This document shows positions 11,195-25,924 of a DNA stretch of 64,000 nt, piece by piece. Below the pieces are notes generated by a model, which was not told the DNA's origin, made no database searches, and worked only from the letters and a program-made list of their open reading frames with translations. The stretch is taken from NCBI RefSeq assembly GCF_009914755.1, contig NC_060937.1. One strand, written 5' to 3'. The first letter of the stretch is position 1. The number at the start of each line of letters is the position of its first letter. The stretch comes from the human T2T-CHM13v2.0 reference genome, Homo sapiens. A program made the translations under genes and the position numbers.

Positions 11195-12876
11195 CTTCCA
11201 CACTAAAGGGTTTCTTTTATGGCACTTCTGTTTTTCTAAGGGTATGATAGGATCTCTGTTTAGGGGCTTTCAAGATGTGAGGTTGTTGTGACAGATTGTT
11301 ATGTAGGTCTCCACCTGATTATGTGGCCAGGTGTTGTTTCCAAAGTAATTAGAAGTCAGTGTTTTCCTCAGTTTTGGTCACAGACCCAGTGATTTCTGCA
11401 TGGAAGCTATCTTCAACATCCAAACCTGACCTAAATAACAGAAAGCTACTAGGCTATATTGACTAACCTATGTTCTGTAATAATTAACTCCCTCCAAAAA
11501 AAAAAAAAAAAAAAAAAAAATTCCAGCAAACGTGAGGTTTTTCCATTATGATGAAATATCTCCCTAGAACACTAATATTCTTTCAGGGCATTCGTGTTTC
11601 TTTGATTTAACTTAACCCAGTGAGCCACATTTTTCCCAAAGGGTGAATTAAAAAGTCCATTAACTCTTTCAGTACATGGCTTCATGAAATCTCAGCAAGG
11701 CCATTAGTATTGTTTCGCCTTAGGCTTTACATTTTTTAAAAGTCAGCTGTCACTTTCAAAGCAATCCAGAATAGCACACTCAACAGATCCCTGGAGCTTT
11801 GGAAATGTTAATGCCCTCCATCAGCAGCGACCTTGCCAGAGGGAAGTGATTTAGGCACTACGGAGAAAAGGGCCCACTATCTTTATCACATCGGTTTACA
11901 CCATCAGCTTCAGAAATTGTGTGAGAGAAGAATAATCAATAGTGTGTTAAGACCAATCTCGAGGAATGCCAAGACAAAGTACCGCCGCTCTGCAAGATGC
12001 TGAGTTGAAGGAGAACTTTTGAATACAACAAAAGAAAAATTAGCTGTAGTGGTAAAACAAAATGAATTGTGTCTCAAGACGGAATTTGTCATTGTGAATG
12101 GCACTCAGGAGCTCTCTGCGTACTTCAGTGGAATCACATCATATGCGTGATGAAAAATGGTTGTTTTAGAGTTAAACAACACAGAATGAAATAACAAAAC
12201 TGGAACGAATGCGTTGCAAGTATACTACATGCAAGTTAAGGATCAGCCCATGTAAATAACCCCAAAAAGTTTACTGAAGGAAAAATATCTAGAAAAATCA
12301 TCTGCTGTGGAGAAATGGAAGAAATAGAATAAAGTTAAACTTCATCAAAGTTTCCTGAAAATGTTACTGCATTTCCTGTAGTTCTAGTAAAGGTATTATC
12401 TCTCGATAACCAGCACAGAGTGTAAAGCTTCTAAAAACAGCAAAGGAAGTGTCTCCACACCACCCTGAGTGAAATCACTGTGGAAAAGAACTGGCAGCTC
12501 AGTCTCTAAGATCATTACAATACAATGTTTGATTTCCCATAGCAATCTTAATTGTGACATGAACAGCTGTCAACAACAAAATTAGAGGAAGCTGTTATTA
12601 TATGGATTTCATCCACATTTGCTTGTCCTATTTCTATACCACTGCTCAAGAGAGTGTTTTTAAAGAATTCTTCCAGTAGAGATTTTCATTACTCAAAGGG
12701 GAGTTACTGAAATTATTTGGCTTTATGTGCTATACAATGAAATAATTTGTCATGATAACAGGAATCCCAAACGGATGTTTATAGAATGCCAAATTCAAGT
12801 ATGTAAAAGTGAGATACAATTCATTTAATCCTGAAATCATCCTGTGGAGTAACTATTGCAATCCCTATTTTTAGTA

Positions 12877-13485
12877 CAGTTGATTCTCTTTATTGTAGTT
12901 ATGTTCTATAAAGTCACTGCAAACATTGACTTAGCAAATACTGAACCGTTGCAGCAATGAGAAATACAAGGTTAGGCTCCTGCAAGCCACTGGGCACAAC
13001 AGTTTCATCAACCAATCAATATGTAGCCTTGTGTTATGTGTGTTTCTGTGAAAAGACACCTTATTTAATATATATTGTTGATTCATTAACATTGAACTCA
13101 TAGCACTATAACTCAGGCTTGAAGTTTGTCTAACATACATATTTTTGCTATAAGACACATTACACATCTTGTGGTTAGGAAAGCTTGACAGTACTTCAGC
13201 CCGATGCTTGGGGACCATTTTAAACATTGAAATCAACAAGAAAAAGCACAAAAATGTGAAAAACATTGTACTACATAGACCACAAAGAGAACACTTGTTT
13301 ACAGTCTGAGAGCTGAAATAAGGAGAGTGTCTTCTCCAACCTCAGCTGGGAACATGACTCAGATTTTTTGGCACTGTGTCTCTATGTCCATGAGAGTGCT
13401 GTGAGTATTAATTCTGGGGTTACAAATAAATTTTAATGAGTAAGCAAATTTGCAAATATGTATCTACCAATAATAAGATTGACTG
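12877..13485 (-). mobile_element. MER82 (TcMar-Tigger non-autonomous element), inserted in a MIR
   Basis: Terminal inverted repeats cagttgattctc...gattgactg with TA on the left side. Carries decayed transposase N-terminus, explaining ORF 12931..13266 (MVPKHRAEVLSS...). Confidence 0.85.
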
Positions 13486-13666
13486 TGTATGCTGAAACTA
13501 TGAGTCAGGGATTATAGTTGGTCACTGTGTATCTGTCTGGGTAATTCTTTCTGTTATATTAGTGGTTATACTTGTTTACATTTCAAAATTAGAGTTTATT
13601 GGAGGTAAAAGTTTCATAAGAAATGTGGACACCATTGCATTGCACATTTCTGCTTCATGAATTTAG

Positions 13667-13990
<324 letters not shown>

Positions 13991-15056
13991 TAGAATATTG
14001 AAAAGTAATGGGATCTTTCTTTTGGGTCATGTATTGGATTATTTAAGAAATCTATTAATCCATTAAGAAACTATTAATGCATGTATGCAGTGACCACATT
14101 TTCAACTTCTTATTTCTCATGAAATATTAATTTGAAAACTAAGTTGCCAGTTCTTCCAGAGATATAATTGCAATAGCACATTTCTTACTCATCTGCTTCA
14201 GTTCTTTTCTGAAAATGGTTATGTATTCAATTATGATATAATGCAAGTTTATTATGACTTCTTATTTGCAAAGTTTTCTGTTTGAAAGACCTTGCCCGGA
14301 AACCCCAAATCAATGTTACTATCATTTTTTTTTCTTTTTTATGTGTCTTTAAAAAGTTGGAATCCTTAGAATTAGTCACTCTTTGAGCTGTTTAGATGTG
14401 TGTCAGGGGACTTAGTGATATCCATCATCAAAGCAGTTTATAATACTCGGAAAATACAACCATAAACATAGTAAATACAATTTTTAAATGTGTTTTAAAG
14501 ACCAAATTTTGCCATTTAAAAAAGCTCATAATTTCAAAGAAATACTGCCTGATTATTTTTAATTCAATTTCTTCCATTTGTAGTACTGTAAACACTTTAT
14601 ATACCTACAATTGTTAGTGCTATTAATGTTGCTTTGCCAATTATCTTGATGTAAAATTAACAGATAAAATCCTTAATGTCATAAAGCACTTGAACCACAT
14701 CTGACTGTGTCATATAAACTCAGATCTCAAAGACTGCCAGTTATGAAAATACTTTTATTAGTCACTGTTATAAATTGCTTTATGATTTTAGTTAATATCC
14801 TTCTATAGTGTAGAACTCATAAGATTATATTGGTTGAATTTGGCCTCAAAGTAAGTACATCTCAGCATTTCTGTCTATAAAAATCAAATGTGCTTACAAC
14901 CTAAAGGCCTATCCATGAAGTATCAAAATAAAGGGGTAACTAACTGTTACATTTTGTTATAAATTTATTGCCATTTATTAGCAAATAAAACCTTCTCTCT
15001 AGTGTAGATATTTGTAGTTGCTGCAACCTTCTACTTTACCTGGCTTATATCTATTC

Positions 15057-15346
15057 TTTTTTTTTTCCCTTGAGACGGGGCTTCACTCTGCCCCAGGCTG
15101 GAGTGCAGTGTCATGATCATGGCTCACTGCAAACTTGACCTGCTGGGCTCAAGTGATCCTCCTACCTTAGCTTACTGAGTAGCTGAGACCACAGGCATAC
15201 ACCACCATGCCCAGCTTTTTATTTTTTTGTAGAGGCGTGGTTTTGCCATGTTGTCCAGGCTGGTCTCGAACTCTTGAGCTCAAGCAATCCACCTGCCTCG
15301 ACCTCCCAAAGTGCTGGGATTACAGGCATGAGCCAACGCGCTCAGC
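15057..15346 (-). mobile_element. AluJ, full length
   Basis: J-type text (gggctcaagtgatcctcctacc, tgagctcaagcaatcc). TSD ggctta(t/c)atctattct at 15042-15057 and 15347-15362. Confidence 0.95.
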
Positions 15347-15654
15347 GGCTTACATCTATTCTCTATTGCAGTTTCAGGAAAAGTTTAAAAATAGTCACCA
15401 TTTTTCTTTTAAACAACCAATTAGATTCCACCAAATAACTAGTCAGCTGTTTTAAAGAAATGATGGTTTTCATTAGATTATATTGTTTAAATTTTACTTT
15501 ACAAATTGCATTGTATATCAAGATCTTTCTAACCAGAGGACAAATGGTGAGTATGGGTTTGGTCCCTTTTTTCCCATTTTTGCTGGCTCTAACTTAGTTA
15601 TTGGAACAATTCAGTCTTTTCTGAATTTTTGTAAAATCTAATTTAAGAACAGGA

Positions 15655-15795
15655 GTACAATGTGAGATGAATAAGTTCTAAAGATCTGAGGTACTACATT
15701 GTGCCTGCAGCTAACAATAGTGTATTGTTCACTTAAAAAAAAACTGTTAAGAGGGTAGATGTCATGTTAAGTATCCTTACCACAATAAAATAAGA
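15655..15795 (+). mobile_element. Old L1M(A/B) 3' end fragment
   Basis: gatgaataagttctaaagatctg...tgttaagagggtagatgtcatgttaagtatccttaccacaataaaa. Confidence 0.7.
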
Positions 15796-18700
15796 AGTTT
15801 TAAAAGAACTGGGTACATTTTGCACTTAGTTAAAATTGCACTGAATTTGAATAATATAATGATATGTATGGCAACTAATTAATTTTTTCCCTCTGAAACA
15901 GAGAAGCCGTTTTCCTTCATCCCCGGGAGAAATAAACACACACCCTTAAACAGGGGAAGTAGAGCAAGAAAAATATGTTTCTAAAGACAATGTTTTTGCA
16001 GCTTAGCATAAACTAAGTAAAGCATCAACACTTCGAGAATTTTCTCTGGTGTTTAAAATCTGATGGACATGAAAATTGAGATTTGAACCTTTTATAAAGG
16101 AACTTTATTGGTAATGTTCAAAATGCTCTAGCTATAAAGGTCTCGAGAGTATAGACAAGTAGCAAACAGAATGAAAATCTTCTACCTTTTGCACCCCTCA
16201 AAAATATATTTTATCCATCTTTTTCTGAAAATGATTGGTAATGGTTAAACGTATCATCACAAGTAAAAGCCAAGGACCAGACTCTGTGCCTAAGTATTTA
16301 AATCAATAAGCCAATTTTATTCTAAAACATTCTCAGACAGCATGTAGCATTTACTTCCTCAAAGGTGTGGCTTCAGGCTCTGTAAGTGAAAATTGCAGTT
16401 TTACTGATTTTTTTATTAAATTCTGATCCCTTCCCAAATGGTAAGAATTAGTGACGTGTAATGCACAGCCAGCCATAAGCCCACTTTGCTCAGCTCCTGA
16501 GAACAAGGCACTGTTTGCGCATCAAACGGAGCTATACCGAGGTTATTCCTGAGAGACACGAGTTAGGTCCAAAGCTAATAACAGAGTCTCAGCAGCCATT
16601 GGCTCTCCTGAGGCCTTCGTCCTTTGGGGTTCCAATATAGCTCTGAACACTGGAAAGTTGGGGGAGTTATCCTTGGCCAGACTCCAGTCCAACAGTCAAA
16701 CACGCTCATCTTTAAGAAGGATGCACTGCGAAACTATCCAGATGGGCCTGTCATCCATTACAGCCTATTTAGGCTGTTTATAAACAAGTCTCATATTACC
16801 TACTCCTGTTTTAATTTTCCCTGGAAAAGATGTTTCCTGAATATTTATAAGAAGCATGTGTCTGAGAAAAGGAGGATAATTGGAAAAGATTTCTCTTCAT
16901 TTCTTGAAGTGTTTCAGCAGAAAAATGCTTCCAAGGACGATATCAAAACACTACTCCAATCACCCCACCCCTTTTGCCAAAATGAAAATAACTATAAAGC
17001 ACTTGGAGAGTTACTTCTTAGTGCCATTTAAATTAGTACCTGTGGTAATAACTTTGGGCCCTGTTGGTAAATGTTCTTATATCAGTTATTCTAAAGCTAT
17101 TTTTTTAATGTGAACTGGTCGTTATGGGGTTTGTTTTAAAAATAAAACTACCAACCCCAAGCTGAGTAAACTGCTGCTATACCTTATATAAAATAATTGA
17201 AAACAAAACTCTCTCTTAAAAAATACACCAGTTCCATCATTTAACATCTTATTATATTTATAAGGAACTTATAAATTCTTTTGTATCTCTAGGGAACATT
17301 TCCATTTGCTCCTCTAAAGTTATATACACATAAGAAGCAGTTGAGGTAGTCAGAAGCTTTCAGACATACTACCCTAAAGTGGTTTGTGTTATCCAAGAAT
17401 GAGTGAATGTATTTTTATAAATTTAGCTGCTCATGGAAAGCCAACTCATCTGAGTCTATCGCAGTCCCTACCGCCAACAGCCATGATTTGTTGAGGATAC
17501 TAATGTTATCAACTGCAGTAATTCAGTTAACAGAGTCATCCTACCATCACGTTGCTTTCTTGTCACCAACAAACTCCCCTTAGAAGCCCCTCTGTCCTAG
17601 CTGACTATTAATGACTTTCAATCAAACAGGCCAGAGATTATTGTTTGTACTCAGGAAGAGACTGGTTATGTTCCTTTATTCTTAAATGTGTACTCTGCAA
17701 ATTCTCTTACATAATTTGATGTGAAACTATAATTTTTTAAAAGACGGTTCCAATTCACTGGAAATGTCAAGTATAAAAATAAATCAGCACAAAATAGCTC
17801 GATTTTTAAGATCTGAGCATCAAAAGGTATTTCAAATTAGCCTCTGTAAAAGGCAATTAGTTGTACAGCTCAGAAAATTAGAGCACAACATGTTCTACAG
17901 CTCACAGACGCACTTGGACAGGGAGTGTCAGTTACTTTATTCCAGCTGATTCATTAGAGTAAAAATGGACTGTGCATGGTGTATCTTAGAGGAATATATT
18001 TTATAAAAGTAAATTTAAAAAAAAAGCCAGGTTTGGAAATTAACTCAACAAGTTGGTGATGACTTAGAGCCATAAATCTCCAGTAAGTATTCAACACTGT
18101 ACTGTGGATGTGGATTTCTCAAATATCCTACTGGTCATTCTGAGGGAATTTGGGGTGGGGATGGGTGGAATGCCAACCAACAAAGCTCAACTTTGTGCCT
18201 GTTCTGTGCTATTATGTATAGAATAATCTCTTTTTCTTTTTCCTTTAAATTTGTTTTCCTCTTGCTTCCCAGAGGACTGTGTGGCGGACTATGCAGCATA
18301 GTGTAAGCATTGGTCTTATTCTTCCTCTCATTCCCATTTGTCTTTGTACAGTCATTCCGGAGAGTCCCTGAGAAATTCCTCCTCCACTATCCCTTTCCAA
18401 ATTATCTGGAGTGGATTGAATACTGCACATAGCCAACTTGTTTAGTCATTTCCTCTCTGCTTGTGATTTATGGTTAACAACCATTTTCATATTCTTTTCC
18501 AATGGCCAAGTTTTCAATCTAATCTTGGTGGAAGACCAGCTCATCGAATGGCTGATTTAAATTCTGTCCCAATGTTCAGACGATGCGTAGTCCGCCTGGA
18601 AAACTAGCTCTTCCCTGTTAGAATATATTGGCCTTTTTCTTCTTGTGCTAATAAGAACAAACCAACATCAGCCCTCATGCATAAGGTGCTAATGTTTCCA

Positions 18701-18953
18701 TTAGCTGAGACATAGAAAATTCAAGGGATTAAAAAATAGGTTGTTTGCTTTTCGTTTTCTACTTGAATTTCCTGATATCTTTCAGAGCATTCAGAGCATT
18801 TGGAGAGGGAACATTGGATATTTTTTACTTGAAAGATTACCCCCAATATGGGGCTGAGGACAAGAACACTCAGGCTATCTTACTTGACTATATCAACCAA
18901 AATAATCAGTTATCTAATCTGGTTTCCACAATACCATTGCATGCTAATAACAC

Positions 18954-19203
18954 TTTTTTTTTTTTTTGAGATGGAATCTTACTTCTTCCACCTCCCAGGT
19001 TCAAGTGATTCACCTGCCTTGGCCTCCCGAGTAGCTGGGATTACAGGTGCACACCACCACACCCAGATAATTTTTGTATTCTTAGTAGAGACGGAGTTTC
19101 ACCATGTTTTCCAGGCTGGTCTTGAACTTCTGGCATCAAGTGATCCATCCGTCTGGGCCTCCCAAAGTGCTGGGATTACAGGCGAGAGCCACTGTGTCCA
19201 GCC
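18954..19203 (-). mobile_element. AluS with an internal deletion of about 45-50 bp in the right arm
   Basis: T-tract then gagatggaatcttact jumps directly to tccacctcccaggttcaag. TSD ct(a/g)ataacactt on both sides. Confidence 0.93.
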
Positions 19204-20416
19204 CTGATAACACTTCTTAAATACATGCACTCTACATGGTATCATGGACTGAGGAAGGAAGGTGACTCTCACCTGAGGGGCACATACTTATTTGTGCAGC
19301 ACACCTGTGACATCATAGTGTTAACTGTTTGGCCTTAAATCCAGGCAGTGATAACACAATGTCTAAAATCCCTTCTTTGAAATCATGTTTTTAAAAAGAA
19401 ATTGTCCCCTGAGTACTATCCCCATTCATTATTCCTGAGATCATATGCCCATATCCATATGCCCTGAGACCAGGGCAATTTGGGTGAAGAAAGTTAGGAG
19501 GTAAATCTGGAACAGGAACGCTGCAGAAAGGAAGACCTTGAGAAGGGGACAGGGAAGACAAATAGCTCAAGGGCTCCTGACACTAAGAGGGAAAGGGGAG
19601 GGGAAAACATCATGGGTGGGACAAGTCAGGGTTCTGTTCGATTGGTCCCATTGATAACTAAAGTGGCTTCAGTTAAGTCAGTAGTGTCTGCCCTTTCCAA
19701 CACAATCTCTTGGGAGCTCCAGGTTTTCCTGCAGCTGGTCCAGTTCAGTTTCCTTATCTAATAGTTATCATGACCCTTGTAGCTTTCCTGAAGAGTTATC
19801 ACTTCCTTGAACATACTGGAATGAATACATATCATAACATCCCTGTGTGTCTGCTGGACTTCCCTACTTGTCCCTATAACCTTATCTAGGCCAAAACAAA
19901 CAAACAACACAAAAACCAGATGTCTGTTTTGTATATGAATCTTCCAAAAATACACTGTAACTTTTGAAATTCATCGGTAGGTCACTGGTGACAAACATGT
20001 TGTTAATATTATTACATACATATTTAAGTACTTACAAAAGATCATCAAGATATGCAACTTTTTTAATTGTTCTGAAACAAAATGGACAAAGCAGCTAACA
20101 TTCTGGCATTATTTCCTGCCTGATGGTTAGTACCAGTTTCAGTAAAATGCTGGTGATAAAAATGTTCTTCCATGCCTCTTTGGGGCTGTTTTGGTGCGAT
20201 TTAGAAACTGTTGGTTATAAGAAATCAGGAAACTGTCTGTTGTTCATTTTAAATTGCCATGGCATTTCATTGTCACCTCAAAGGATTCTGCACCCAGCTA
20301 AATCCACTAGTTTGCATTTCAAAAGGATGTCAGGCTGTGCTTAAGAAACTGCTTTATTATCTAGACCTTCAGCCACTGTGTTTAGGTGAAACTGATATTT
20401 TCCACCTTCCACCCCA

Positions 20417-20484
20417 ACACAGACACACACGAAGACACACACGCACACGCGCACGCACACACACACACACACACACACATGCAC
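20417..20484. repeat. (CA)n microsatellite with CG interruptions
   Basis: acacacgcacacgcgcacgcacacacacacac... Confidence 0.9.
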
Positions 20485-22964
20485 TCACCCTCAGTCTTCG
20501 CTTGGCCTGAACAAAAAAAGTAAAACCTCAATAACAACAGTAAGCTAGATTCTCCACTTTAATTAGTTTTCTAAAGATAAATGGGTCAAGGCCAGATTGG
20601 CTTTCAGCCTCCGCTGCAGCTGAATAAATTATGTCCCATTCACCCCAGCAAACAAATGGCTACTGCTTCATCCACTTCAGGTTGTGAACGGCCCGGTCTT
20701 GCCTGAACCTGCTTTATCTATTTGCTGCGAAACCCCACTGAGACACCCCAGTTTCATTTTCAATGAACCCTTGGTAATAACAGCAGCAAAATGCAGTGAG
20801 CTTTCAAAGCAGGGAGAAAATAAAAAAACGTTAAAACCAAACCACCCAACGTATTCTGTCTCGGTTTCTGCTCTTCTCCGGGCAACATCAGCAGCATGTG
20901 GTAGCAGAGAGAGCCGCCTGTCACAGGCTTCTTTCCATTTAGGAGGCTGTGATTGATAAGGCCCAAGTGGGGAACATCATAAGACACATATATAAAATGA
21001 TGGCTTATCTCCAGGATATTCTGCTTATTCCATGGAGTGGAAGGATGCACGAATCTAATTCAATGGTATGCACTGTTGGAAACCTGGATGGAACTCCTGC
21101 CCTTATGTGGATTTTTCAGTTCACACCCAATGGGCAGTGAACTATTTTTACATCCCTGAGAAGCTATTCTTTTGGGCATGTGTAAGAATAGTGAAAATAG
21201 AAGGCACATAGACCTCTCTTTCAGTCCTGGCAAAGTTGTGTTTAATTGCACAGGGCTGTATACCCTGGGGAGAAGGAAGAGTACACTCACTCTGGCTACG
21301 TAACTCCCTGGGAGATACTAAAGCCCAGTCCACATCACTGCTTTAAGACATGTTCAGAGAATCATATGGATTCTGACAACGAAATAATGTTATGCAACAT
21401 GTTTTGGAAGGGGAACAATTTTGCACAACTTAATATTAAGTGTGAGTTATATTAAATCATATTGGGGGCGATTTGTTAACAAAACTCTTTTCAACTCTGG
21501 ATTAAACTCTCCTTTATCCTCAGAAACACTTAAGCAAGAGCTTTGGTGACCTCTGTATCATAAAAAATGAAATGTTACACTTTCAGAGCCAAAATAGGGC
21601 TATTAGAGATTTTATATCTATTTTATGGCATGTTGATATGCTTATTTTCTGCTTCAGGCTTTAAAATTTCTTTCAGAATTCCTAGACTTCAGCTAAACCC
21701 AAATTGATGCATTCTGTAGATATCAATCTATCAATAAATTATTGATTGAGTTATTCTCTGTTGCATAGCACTTAGTAAAACTAGCTGCTATGTACAATCT
21801 ACATTATAGCATGTTGTTAGTGCTGGCGTCATCAAAAGGCAAGTGACTGTTTAGAAAAGCCGTTACTTTCCAAGTCAGTTAGACATGCTATGTCTTCTCC
21901 AGAGAACAGTACATAGTATAGAGGCTCATGGAATATTAATATTAGCATACAATAAGTGGGAGTTTGATTTTGCAATCTCAGATTGACTATGCCAAAAAAG
22001 AATATGTAGAAGGCATATTAACAAATGAATAATCATTGGCCAAATATGCAAATTAAAAACATTAAACATCTGTAGCGTCCTTAATATAGGCCATGTCTAA
22101 TAGCTCATTTTCCCTTCTTAAGCCAGAACTTTCTGCCCAAACCTTGAACAAATTAAACAGAAGCTTTGTTGTCAGTTATGAACCAGTCAGATGCAAAAGT
22201 CCATCTGCGCACTCGTTTCACGGTAACTGTCCTTTATTCTGCTATGTAATTGGTGTTTTGGTAGATTGATTATGGAAGTCTGGATAGACAAGCCACACTA
22301 AACTGCTCAAACCATACCTTTAAAAATATTTGTTCATGAGCCTCATCAGTTGACATAGATCTTTTATTAAATTATTGAATAGATTAAAGAACCTTTTCCT
22401 TGTCATGGAAAATCTGCGACAATATTTTCTCTTAGCTGTCTGAGATATTTGCACCACAACTCCCAAATGTGATGTTCATGCTTATGAGAGATAGAGCTGA
22501 AGAAATAGGATATTTCATAAATACCAGTTTTGATGTATTTGCTGTATAATCAATCAGCTTCTAACAGACTCTGGGGCCTATGGAATACATTTTAAAGGAC
22601 TGGGAATTTGGCTATTCCCATAACATACTCGGACACTCTTTACTGCTAGCAATAAACCTCAGACATAAACATTGTAGAGAAAAAACAGATGAAAAGGAAC
22701 CCATCTGAGTGAAAATTGACTTCCCTTCATAACTGTTAAAGGTAGAAAGCTATTTGCAATACACAATAACTTTATTACTAAGTTCATTCACAGTCATTAT
22801 CATCAAAGGCTCTGACTTCATGGGTATTTTCTTATACCCATAACACTGGCTGAGCTATCGAAAAATAAAAAGTCAGGTTGATAGTCAATGAATGAACCAC
22901 CACCAGCAGCAGCTCCATTATATTGCTTACTAACAAATAATTTGTTGGAAGTTGGTTTGTGTGA

Positions 22965-23390
22965 TCTCTGTAGAAGCTTTTCCTATGCTGTATTGATCCA
23001 GATGGACCAGGCCAGGCAAGGCCACACCTATAAACAGTCCCCAAAATGGCCCACAACAACACAAGTTTATTTCTTGTATGTGCCAAGTGTTCATTATGCA
23101 TTGGCTGTGAGTCAGCTACATGTGGTCATCACCCTTACTCCAGCATCCGGGGTGACAGAACAGCCATTATCTGGAGGTTCACCTGTCACAATGGCAGGGG
23201 AAATGGAGAATGTGGCAAAGGTGGCTGTTCATGTCTCTACCTGGAAGGGTCACATCATACTGATCACATCTCATTGGCCAAAGCAAGTCACATTATCAAG
23301 CCATCAGGAAGTCAGGGACATATGTTCCTATGTGCCTCACATAGAGAGAGAAAAAGGACATGTTAGTGAACAGTAACATTATCGACCACA
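22965..23390 (-). mobile_element. Old MaLR LTR (MLT1K/L-like)
   Basis: caacacaagtttatttctt...tcacatctcattggccaaagcaagtcacat...gtgaacagtaa...accaca. Explains ORFs 22888..23376 and 23046..23366. Confidence 0.7.
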
Positions 23391-23583
23391 AACACTATGA
23401 TGAAGGCAAGATTTTTAAATTGATAAAAATCCATGTCATTACTTTCTCCAACCCTAAGACAAACCTTACATGAAAAGGAACAGAAAAATCAGTCTTTCCT
23501 TTATTCACCATATTTATTGTGCACTAACATGAACCATGCGTAGGTGACTAGACCATAATCGAAGAACTCACAACACTTTAGGG

Positions 23584-23808
23584 CAAACTTGTCCAACCCA
23601 CAGCCCATGGCCTGCATGTGGCCCAGGATGGCTTTGAATGCGGCCCAACACAAATTCGTAAACATCCTGAAAACATTATGAGATTTTTTTGCAATTTGTT
23701 TTTAGCTCATCAGCCATCTTTAGTGTTAGTATATCTTATGTGTGTCCCAAGACAATTCCTCTTCTTCCAAAAAACGGCCCAGGGAAGCCAAAAGATTGGA
23801 CACCCCCA
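23584..23808 (-). mobile_element. MER30 (hAT-Charlie MITE)
   Basis: caaacttgtccaaccc...ggcccagggaagccaaaagattggacacccc. 8-bp TSD ctttaggg / ctttagag. Confidence 0.9.
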
Positions 23809-24183
23809 CTTTAGAGGATGACAGGCAAAAATAATTATAATTTAAATCAGACCATGCTCTTGTAAAGATTGCCCTGCAAATGAACCAACTCTTCTATGGT
23901 CTTTTGAAAGAACTAACTTAAAAAAAAAAATTTAGAATCCTAGGAGAAATCTAAGTTCTTATTAGAGAGGGGGTATCTACATTGTCCTACAAAACCATCA
24001 TCCTTTTTCGGTCAGGCTGATTTTCAGCATCGGATGCCAACGGAGCTTACCTGAACTTTGAGTTCAATCATCATTCAACCAGAGCAAAGGATCCCACCCC
24101 AAATCTGAAGGCAGTGTCTCAAAGGAGGATACAGAAGTTGTTGCCAAGAAATAGGAGAAAAGTGGCAATAAAGAAACAGAATG

Positions 24184-24598
<415 letters not shown>

Positions 24599-25579
24599 TC
24601 ATGTTTGCTTAGGCAAAGCGATTTTTCTGCTCTTCTTTCTGGGCCAAACTGGCTGCAGCAAATCAAATTGTTCTCCCTTTCTGTCTCTTTCATACATCAT
24701 CATTTAAAATCACCAAGAATTCACATTCTGGAACCTGCTGTTGTCTTCTTGTACAATATCAGTTAATTTCTGAACAGCCTTCATCGAAGGAGAACACTTT
24801 TTACAGGTTAATCAGGGAAATTGCACTGGCTGACAGCAACAGCAAACTTATCCATGTCAGTGATAGTCTCAGGAATGTGTGTGTCATTGGCTTCTGCGTG
24901 GAATTATTTGCAAAATTGTAGAGCTTTGATTCAGCTGGAAGAAAACTTAGAATACAAATTCATAAATTATTTATGCATGATGAGGCAGGAAACCAATGAC
25001 TTTGTAAATTTTATTCTAAGGGATTTTGACCTCAGAAAACTCCCCAAAGCAGCCAGCATTCATTTCTGTGAAAAACACTCATCTCTGTACTTGAAAAAGC
25101 TAAGCATTTCCTTTGCTTGTTCTTTGCAGCTCCTTGAATGCTAGAAAAAAAGGGTAAACACAAAGCGTCCAGAAGAGCTCTGAGAAGAAAACATAGAGGC
25201 AGCAAACTGCCCTAATTGATCTACTCACATAAAATCCAAAAACCCAGAGGCTATCTTTAGTGCAAGACATGTCTGCACAAAAATGTTTCCAGTTACTCAG
25301 GAAAATCAAATCTTCTTTATGCAAAATGTCTTCAAGGAACAAGAAGTATTTCATTAGGATTTTAATGGTGAGGGCTCAAGTGAAAGGATCCTCATGCTCT
25401 CTTTTGTCAAGTTTTTTTTGACAAAATGAATAAAATTAAAAGCTTTTTACAGTATAATCATTTTTTAAAGTTTCCTTTCTCCATGATTTTGGAGAATGAG
25501 AAGTAAAATCAATATTTAGGAATTTTTTTAAGAAGCTGACTTTCAATAACTTGGATCGTAGTATGACAAGGAAGGGTAT

Positions 25580-25632
25580 AGTGTATGTGAGTGTGAGAGT
25601 GTGTGTGTGCATGTGTGTGCATGTGTGTGTGT
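25580..25632. repeat. (TG)n / (TGTGTGCATG)n microsatellite
   Basis: gtgtgtgtgtgcatgtgtgtgcatgtgtgtgtgt. Confidence 0.85.
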
Positions 25633-25924
25633 TTCTTTTTTAATTACTCTCCACTCTTTGTGCCCAATAACAATAGGTGGACAACTCAGAGATTGTTACA
25701 ATTATTTACCAAATTGTAGCCAAAGAATGCTATTTTTATATAAATGTTTGTGATTCATCACTACTTTTTAAAATTCAGGAACACTCAGTTGTTGTGAACA
25801 AAATGTGAGTAGCAGCTTCCAATAGCTCCTAAAGGCACACATGAATTGGCACCGCTCTCTGCTTCATGGAAGAGTAGAGGGAAGAAGATAAGAGTATCCT
25901 TTCCAGAACAGGCCCCAAATCTTA

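Noticed and set aside
11496-11520. Isolated A25 run (also A18 at about 2167), possible retrocopy tail
   Set aside because: No upstream retrogene or SINE body and no clear TSD. It is mainly an oligo-dT internal-priming hazard when testing the polyadenylation hypotheses.
12162-12175. GTTTTAGAG, resembling the start of a Cas9 CRISPR repeat
   Set aside because: Single 9-mer with no repeat-spacer array or cas genes, in mammalian DNA.
12931-13266. Transposase-like ORF close to the exon
   Set aside because: Frameshifted internal part of non-autonomous MER82; no evidence of domestication.
22888-23376. 162-aa ORF, one of the two longest in the track
   Set aside because: Lies almost wholly in an old MLT1 LTR, with no recognisable domain or convincing exon structure.
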